Shown here piece after piece: positions 33,775-38,773 of a stretch of DNA of 38,773 nt. Origin of the DNA: a virus (taxonomy: Duplodnaviria; Caudoviricetes); the IMG/VR virus record IMGVR_UViG_3300020599_000172, positions 1-38,773 of that record; one strand, written 5' to 3'. The position numbers were made by a program, and so were the translations under genes. Each line of letters starts with the position of its first letter. Positions within the stretch are counted from its first letter, which is position 1. The notes below the pieces were generated by a model that was not told where the DNA came from, made no database searches, and saw nothing but the letters and a program-made list of their open reading frames with translations.

Positions 33775-34022
33775 CGCCGACCGAGTTGCGCGACCACTGC
33801 CGCCGGCAGATGGAGATTATCGAGAGCGATGACGCCCGCGTCCTGCTCACGCTGCCCGGCCGCTGGCGCAGCGACACGAAGCGGCTGGCCGGCCGAAGCG
33901 GGCCGAGCGGCCGATGCATCGCCGACACGCCGAAGGGCGTGCTCGTCGAGTTCTACGCCCGCGAAGTCCTCGCATGGCTGGATCGACACGCCCCCGCCCC
34001 CGCGGAAGGGGGCGAGGGGTGA
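33771..34022 (+). CDS. Hypothetical early protein
   Basis: ATGA coupling, MTPTELRDHC... Confidence 0.6.
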   Translation: MTPTELRDHCRRQMEIIESDDARVLLTLPGRWRSDTKRLAGRSGPSGRCIADTPKGVLVEFYAREVLAWLDRHAPAPAEGGEG

Positions 34023-34387
34023 ACACGACTACCGTCGACATCAAGATCGCTGATGCGCCGATCGGCCTGCTCCGGCTGATCGCGTGCAAGGTCCTCCTCC
34101 TGGAGGCGAAGCGAAACCGAGGCGCGTTGCCCGAGGACTGTCTCGAGGGGCTCGATTCGGTGATCGCCCTCCTCGAGGAGGCGTGCGCATCGCTCGCCCC
34201 ATGCGCCGCCGAGTACGCCCTCGGCGTCGTGGCGGGAGCGGCCGCCGTCGGCGAGCTCGGCCGGCTGACCGTTGCGCCTGGGCCAACGCTGGTCGAGCGG
34301 GTGCGCGAGGTCGCGTGTCCTCGGTGCGCGGCTGCCCTCCGGGGCGAGGCCTCGTCGGCTCAGTGCCACGACGGGGTGGTGCACTGA
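34019..34387 (+). CDS. Hypothetical early protein
   Basis: GTGA coupling; CPRC near C-terminus. Confidence 0.55.
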   Translation: MNTTTVDIKIADAPIGLLRLIACKVLLLEAKRNRGALPEDCLEGLDSVIALLEEACASLAPCAAEYALGVVAGAAAVGELGRLTVAPGPTLVERVREVACPRCAAALRGEASSAQCHDGVVH

Positions 34388-34536
34388 TGGTCGCCGCCCT
34401 TCGCTACGCCTGGTCCCGGCTCCGGCATCGCCTGGGGTGCGCTCGCTGCGGCGCCGGCACGCACTGGCATGCGCCGGTCCTCAACGACCCTGATCGGCAC
34501 CTCTGGATCCCGCCGGGCTGGAGGGCGCGCCGATGA
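34387..34536 (+). CDS. Hypothetical small protein (49 aa)
   Basis: TGATG and ATGA coupling; CxxC..HxH. Confidence 0.5.
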   Translation: MVAALRYAWSRLRHRLGCARCGAGTHWHAPVLNDPDRHLWIPPGWRARR

Positions 34537-35015
34537 AGCCATGGACGATCGACGACGCCGGCATCGTGCGGGACGAAGGCGGACACCCGATCGCTGCGCT
34601 CGAGCCGGAGCTGCCCCTCGACATCACCGCCGCCATCCTCGCGGCCCCCATGTTCCTCGAGGCGAAGCGGCAGCGGGGGATCGCCTCGGCCGCGGAGATC
34701 CACACGCGCGGCGTGAGCCCCGATCGCCTCAAGACCGCGCGCGACCTCGCCGACACGGCCAGGACGGATGCCCACTGGGCGACGAAGCACGCGGACGGGG
34801 CGTTCGACAAGGCGAAGGCCGACGCCCTCAACGTGCCCGTCGTCCCCACGGAATGCGATTGCCGAGGCGCTTGCGGCGAGGCCCATCACGGCCTGGTCTG
34901 CCGAGCGCCGCACGGCTACTCGATCCATCGGCCGGTCGAGGCACCGGGGATGTGGGTGCTCCTTTCTCGATCCGGGCGTTCGGTGCGCGATGGCCCGCCG
35001 GCCGAATGTGCATGA
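34533..35015 (+). CDS. Hypothetical early protein
   Basis: ATGA coupling, GC3-rich. Confidence 0.6.
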   Translation: MKPWTIDDAGIVRDEGGHPIAALEPELPLDITAAILAAPMFLEAKRQRGIASAAEIHTRGVSPDRLKTARDLADTARTDAHWATKHADGAFDKAKADALNVPVVPTECDCRGACGEAHHGLVCRAPHGYSIHRPVEAPGMWVLLSRSGRSVRDGPPAECA

Positions 35016-35235
35016 GATCCTGCACATGGTTCCCACCGAGTACGTCGGTGGCGAATGGATCGTTCCCGGGCCGGATGGCCCAGAGCCTGATGCCGTCATC
35101 ACCTACGCCACCGAGGAGAGCCCCGAGACCGGACACGTCGGCTGGATGTGGTGGGCTCGCGGGAAGATGGGCGAGGCGACGACCTACGAGGCGGCAAAGC
35201 TCGCGGCAGAGGCCGTGTTACGGAGGGTACCGTGA
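35008..35235 (+). CDS. Hypothetical early protein (start uncertain)
   Basis: Protein-like C-terminal part of ORF 34768..35235. Confidence 0.55.
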   Translation: MHEILHMVPTEYVGGEWIVPGPDGPEPDAVITYATEESPETGHVGWMWWARGKMGEATTYEAAKLAAEAVLRRVP

Positions 35236-35531
35236 GTCGCTGGAAGTCGAGCAGCCCATTCTTCCGCGAGTTGGATCGTCGCTGCGCTGGTCCGAGCCGG
35301 CTCCGACACGAGCCCGGAGCGCTCCTGGTCGTCGTGGGCGGTCTCGGCATCCCGTCAATCGTACGCGTCGAGCCGGACGGATCGTGGATGTGCGTGGCCG
35401 GGACCTTCAAGGGGCGTCCCATCCGCAGTGACAAGAGCGTGCGCCACGTCTGCCGGGACGGGGACATCTTCGAGGACCTCGGGCTTGAGGTCCGGGGTGG
35501 CGAACTGGTGCCCGTGGAGATCAATCCATGA
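35232..35531 (+). CDS. Hypothetical early protein
   Basis: GGAGG RBS, GTGA coupling. Confidence 0.55.
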   Translation: MSRWKSSSPFFRELDRRCAGPSRLRHEPGALLVVVGGLGIPSIVRVEPDGSWMCVAGTFKGRPIRSDKSVRHVCRDGDIFEDLGLEVRGGELVPVEINP

Positions 35532-35866
35532 CGAGTTCGCCGGAGCACAGGAATGCGGAGGCCTGCGGCATGACCACCGAAGCCATGAGGAAGGTGACGT
35601 CCGATGCCCTCTGCGCGATCGATGCGGACCCGGACGCCCTTCGCGCGCTGGCCCTCGCGCTGAGCAACGAGCGACGGCACGTGGACGCGCGCCTCGAGCG
35701 GTTCGAGGTGCTCCACCAGCTCGCCGCAAAGACCCGGGCCGCCCAGCGCCGCTACTTCGCTTCCCGCACCCCGGCGAACCTCTGCGCCGCCAAGGCCCTC
35801 GAGGACGCCCTCGACCAGCTACTCGATCCGGCGCCGATGCTGCCGGGCATGGAGGCTACACGATGA
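35528..35866 (+). CDS. Hypothetical early protein
   Basis: ATGA coupling; R.AQR.YF..R.......AKALE..LD pattern seen in phage proteins. Confidence 0.65.
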   Translation: MTSSPEHRNAEACGMTTEAMRKVTSDALCAIDADPDALRALALALSNERRHVDARLERFEVLHQLAAKTRAAQRRYFASRTPANLCAAKALEDALDQLLDPAPMLPGMEATR

Positions 35867-36174
35867 CCCGAGACGATTTCCTAAGTCGGCTCCGCCGCGC
35901 TCGGTCGGACATCGACGACGCCGAGTCCTCAGCTGGGAGTGCCCGCTACGACCTCGAGGAGCTCGAGCGCGACTTCGAGAACCTGCAAGCCGACGTCGAC
36001 GAGGAAACCAAGGAGAAGGCGAAGGAGCTCGAGGCCGTCCTCGACGCCCTCCAGCGCCACCGCGTCCCCGAGGTGGAGCGGATCGAGAACGCCAACCGCG
36101 TGCTCTCCCCGGCGGAGCGGGTGGAGCGCCTGGCCGTGCGGCTGGCGGCGCTGGAGACGACATCGCCGGCGTGA
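35863..36174 (+). CDS. Coiled-coil early protein
   Basis: GGAGG RBS, ATGA coupling, heptad-rich acidic sequence. Confidence 0.65.
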   Translation: MTRDDFLSRLRRARSDIDDAESSAGSARYDLEELERDFENLQADVDEETKEKAKELEAVLDALQRHRVPEVERIENANRVLSPAERVERLAVRLAALETTSPA

Positions 36175-36270
36175 CCGGCACCAGCATGGGCCGCCCGGCT
36201 GCACCTCGAGGATAGGCCTCGAGGGCGGGGCTATTGGGAGAGACCGGGCGGCTCTTCTTTCGCGAAGGAG

Positions 36271-36747
36271 ATGGTGGTGGACCTGTTCACCAAGCCGACG
36301 CCAGACACCAGGAGGCCATCGCCGCGGCAAGGGAGGCGGCCGGTGGGTGAGCTGCTCCCTCTCTTTGCCATCCCTCGCCCTGACCACACCGTCGTCGACG
36401 GCGTGCGCTACGCGATTCCCGAGTGGATGGACCCGGCGATCATCCCGGGGCTGCCAGCGTTCATCCGTCGGTCCCTGCAGCGCGAAGCCAGGGGGACCCG
36501 AGCGGTCCGCCGGCGGCGCCCCGGGCGGCCCGGTTGGGAGGACCTCTCCCTCCGGCCAGGGAAGACAGCGATCCACCGGCGACACGTCTCCGGCTGGGAG
36601 GTGGTCCACTGTGGCCACCCCACCGCGATCTGGTCGTATCAAGTCCTCTCCCCGCCGGGCGTCGAGCGCGCGCCGAGCGGGCAGACGTTCCGAACTCTGG
36701 CGGAGGCCATGAGCGCGGTGGAAGGGGTGGCGTGCGATGCAGCGTGA
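36271..36747 (+). CDS. Hypothetical protein
   Basis: AAGGAG RBS; GW.V.HCGHPTA.W.Y motif. Confidence 0.6.
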   Translation: MVVDLFTKPTPDTRRPSPRQGRRPVGELLPLFAIPRPDHTVVDGVRYAIPEWMDPAIIPGLPAFIRRSLQREARGTRAVRRRRPGRPGWEDLSLRPGKTAIHRRHVSGWEVVHCGHPTAIWSYQVLSPPGVERAPSGQTFRTLAEAMSAVEGVACDAA

Positions 36748-36789
36748 CCTCGAACAGGCAACGGCGGCGGTCGCGGAGGTGATCGCCGG

Positions 36790-37140
36790 ATGAGCGTCGT
36801 TCAGATTGTCACTCTCACCCGGGCCGAGCTCGAGGAGCTCCTCGAGGAAGCGGCCGCCCGCGGAGCCGCCCGGGCCGCACCTCCTCCACCGCCTGCGAAG
36901 CTGCACGCTGACGAGCTCGTCCCGGTGGCGGTCGCCGCCAAGGCCTGCGGCTGCTCGCCCGACACCATCCACGCGATGATCCGCGCCGGGAAGCTGCCGG
37001 ACCGTCGCGCAGGCACCAAGCGCGGGCACTACCGGGTGCGGATCTCGGAGGTTGAGGGAGCGATGCGCCGGCGGACTGAACGCCCGGCCCCGATTGATCC
37101 AGAGGCCGCCGTCGTGCGCATGCTGGCCCGCCGGAGGTGA
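36790..37140 (+). CDS. xis: Excisionase-like HTH protein
   Basis: V..AAKACGCSPDTIHAMIRAGKL......G.YRV...EV; GGAGG RBS; directly upstream of integrase. Confidence 0.8.
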   Translation: MSVVQIVTLTRAELEELLEEAAARGAARAAPPPPPAKLHADELVPVAVAAKACGCSPDTIHAMIRAGKLPDRRAGTKRGHYRVRISEVEGAMRRRTERPAPIDPEAAVVRMLARRR

Positions 37141-38570
37141 AGATGGCCGTGGGGAGAGGCCGCGTCTTCGTGCGCGGCAGCCGGCTTTGGCTCGACTACG
37201 ACGACGAAGCGGGGAAGCGCCGGCGGCAGTCGACCGGCCTCGAGGTCGGGCAGGAGCGCGAGGCGGAGGCCATGCTCCGGGCACTGCTCGCGCAGTTGGA
37301 GGCCGGCAAGGAGCTGGGCATCGATCCAAAGACGGTCACCGTCAAGCAGTGGGCCGCGCTGTGGCTCGAGGCCCGCGAAGCGCGGGATCTCTCGATGGCG
37401 GGTGAGGATCGAAAGCGGCTCGAGCGGTACATCTACCCGAAGCTGGGGGACGTACGCCTTGCCGACCTTCGGCCACGACGGGTGCGCCTCTTCGTCGCGG
37501 GCCTGTCGAGCTTGCCATCGAACCGTGGTGGAACGCTGGCCCCGCGGACGGTGCGCCACATCGCGACGACCCTTCGCCAGCTGCTTCGGGGCGCCGTGCG
37601 CGAAGAGCTGATCCCCTCCTCCCCCTTCGTGCTCGATCGTGAGGACCTCCCCGAGGTGATGGACAAAGACCCTGCGTGGCGCGCCGGCGCAGTGTTCACC
37701 CGGGCCGAGCTCGAGCTGCTCATCTCTCACCCTGACATCCCGCTGCACAGGCGGGTCGCCTATGCGATCCTAGGCCTCGGGGGCCTGCGATGGGGGGAGC
37801 TCGCAGCCCTGCAGTGGCGGAGCTACGACACCACCCCCAAGCCCCTCGGCCGCCTCACCGTCGCCCAGGCCGTCTCGAGGAAGCGGAAGAAGACCAAGCT
37901 CGGCCGGACGAAGACCGGCGCGACGAGGCTGGTGCCCGTCCACCCCACCCTGGCGAAGATCCTCGCCACCTGGCGCCTCGAGGGCTGGCCGGCCGAGTAC
38001 GGTCGAGCGCCCGAAGGAGAGGACCTCCTCCTCCCCTCGAGCGACGACCTGGCGAAGCATCGCTCCGGCATCCGCGCGCTGCGCCGGCTGCACGAAGACC
38101 TGGTCCGCCTCGGCCTTCCCCGGCGCCGCCTCCACGACCTCCGGCGGACGATGATTTCGATCGCCCAGGACGACGGCGCCGTGCGGGACGTCCTTCGGGA
38201 GATCACCCACACGAAGAAGAAGAGCGACATCGTCGCGGACTACACCTCACTGCGATGGGAGACGCTCTGCCGCGCGGTCTCGTGCATCCGGATCGCCGTC
38301 AGGGAGGGGCAGGTGGTGGAGATTCGGGCGGCCGCTGGCGGGGGCGGGTCTGGCACAGTGCTGTCACACCGGCCGATCTTGACGCTCCGCGACACAAAAA
38401 AGCCTCGTAAGAATCGCTCCTTACGAGGCTCCGTTTTGGTCGGGGAGACAGGATTTGAACCTGCGACCCCCTCGTCCCGAACGAGGTGCTCTACCAGGCT
38501 GAGCCACTCCCCGGCATGTCGGTGCTGCACCCTCGGCGATCGGGGTCGCCGAGGGTGCGGGCGGATCTAG
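37137..38570 (+). CDS. int: Tyrosine integrase; reading frame runs through att and antisense tRNA
   Basis: GLRWGE (R), TKT (K), HDLRR (HxxR), ITH, ADY (Y); N-terminal arm-binding region RRRQSTG. Confidence 0.92.
   Translation: MKMAVGRGRVFVRGSRLWLDYDDEAGKRRRQSTGLEVGQEREAEAMLRALLAQLEAGKELGIDPKTVTVKQWAALWLEAREARDLSMAGEDRKRLERYIYPKLGDVRLADLRPRRVRLFVAGLSSLPSNRGGTLAPRTVRHIATTLRQLLRGAVREELIPSSPFVLDREDLPEVMDKDPAWRAGAVFTRAELELLISHPDIPLHRRVAYAILGLGGLRWGELAALQWRSYDTTPKPLGRLTVAQAVSRKRKKTKLGRTKTGATRLVPVHPTLAKILATWRLEGWPAEYGRAPEGEDLLLPSSDDLAKHRSGIRALRRLHEDLVRLGLPRRRLHDLRRTMISIAQDDGAVRDVLREITHTKKKSDIVADYTSLRWETLCRAVSCIRIAVREGQVVEIRAAAGGGGSGTVLSHRPILTLRDTKKPRKNRSLRGSVLVGETGFEPATPSSRTRCSTRLSHSPACRCCTLGDRGRRGCGRI
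38395..38430 (-). terminator. Intrinsic terminator downstream of tRNA-Pro
   Basis: AGCCTCGTAAG/CTTACGAGGCT 11-bp stem followed by a T run on - strand. Confidence 0.8.
38437..38513 (-). tRNA. tRNA-Pro (anticodon CGG), integration target
   Basis: CGGGGAG acceptor stem, TGGTA D-loop, CCTCG-TTCGGGA-CGAGG anticodon arm, GGTTCAAATCC, encoded CCA; 77 nt. Confidence 0.97.
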
Positions 38571-38592
38571 CGGGACGCCGCTGGCCTGTCAA
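38564..38592 (-). promoter_or_regulatory. Probable tRNA promoter
   Basis: Perfect TTGACA (38587-38592), 17 nt, weak TAGATC; followed by a 13-bp hairpin at 38527-38558. Confidence 0.5.
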
Positions 38593-38680
38593 CGATCATC
38601 AGCCCGCGCGATCGGCCGGGCGCCGCGCCCGCCTCGGCGGGCCCTCGGCGCCTCGTCCGGCCCTCGCGACGTCCACCGGA

Positions 38681-38773
38681 TCAGGCGAGCTGCGGCGGCT
38701 CGTCGGCGGAGGCGACCGGGGCGGCGGCCTCGCGGCGCGATCGCTCCCAGGCGATCGCGAGCCCCGTGCCCGC
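38681..38773 (-). CDS. 3' end of a host gene (partial)
   Basis: Open GC3-rich frame ...AGTGLAIAWERSRREAAAPVASADEPPQLA-stop entering from window edge. Confidence 0.4.
   Translation of the reverse strand, partial: AGTGLAIAWERSRREAAAPVASADEPPQLA

Larger units (their letters stand above)
1..38513. mobile_element. Temperate podovirus-like prophage (BPP-1/T7-like virion module, lambdoid-style control region) integrated at tRNA-Pro; left end outside window
   Basis: Contiguous integrase, xis, repressor switch, replication, terminase, portal, capsid, tail tubular, fibre and lysis genes ending at a tRNA; no second att copy seen in the window. Confidence 0.95.

Noticed and set aside
36203-36225. CCTCGAGG repeated in an intergenic gap
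   Set aside because: CTCGAG is extremely frequent throughout the window; no U-tract or other support
38240-38530. 96-aa - strand ORF over the tRNA
   Set aside because: Translation of the tRNA and terminator sequence, not a gene

Overview
Almost the whole window is one temperate prophage in a very GC-rich host (a myxobacterium-like host is only an inference). It is integrated at a tRNA-Pro(CGG) gene near the right edge, and its left end lies beyond position 1. From right to left it carries: tRNA-Pro/att, tyrosine integrase, excisionase, a + strand early operon of small hypothetical genes, a CI/Cro-like switch with visible operators and promoters, a - strand replication block (Dam-type MTase, RusA, initiator with internal iterons, MazG-like protein), TerS/TerL, and a BPP-1/T7-like podovirus morphogenesis module (portal, scaffold, capsid, cement, tail tubular A/B, ejection proteins, tail fibres), then an M15 endolysin and holin. 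The most interesting object is the 3002-aa ejection-type polyvalent protein. It has two tandem GGDEF-like domains with complementary degeneracy, a DdrB/ParB-like domain, a PBECR-like RNase domain and a zincin motif. Two hidden elements appear to sit inside its coding sequence: a 73-codon out-of-frame gene at the end of the GGDEF pair, and a sigma70-type antisense promoter with a structured ~93-nt RNA just after the RNase domain. Both are candidate nested antidotes. All family assignments come from motif recognition and synteny by eye; no database search was run.
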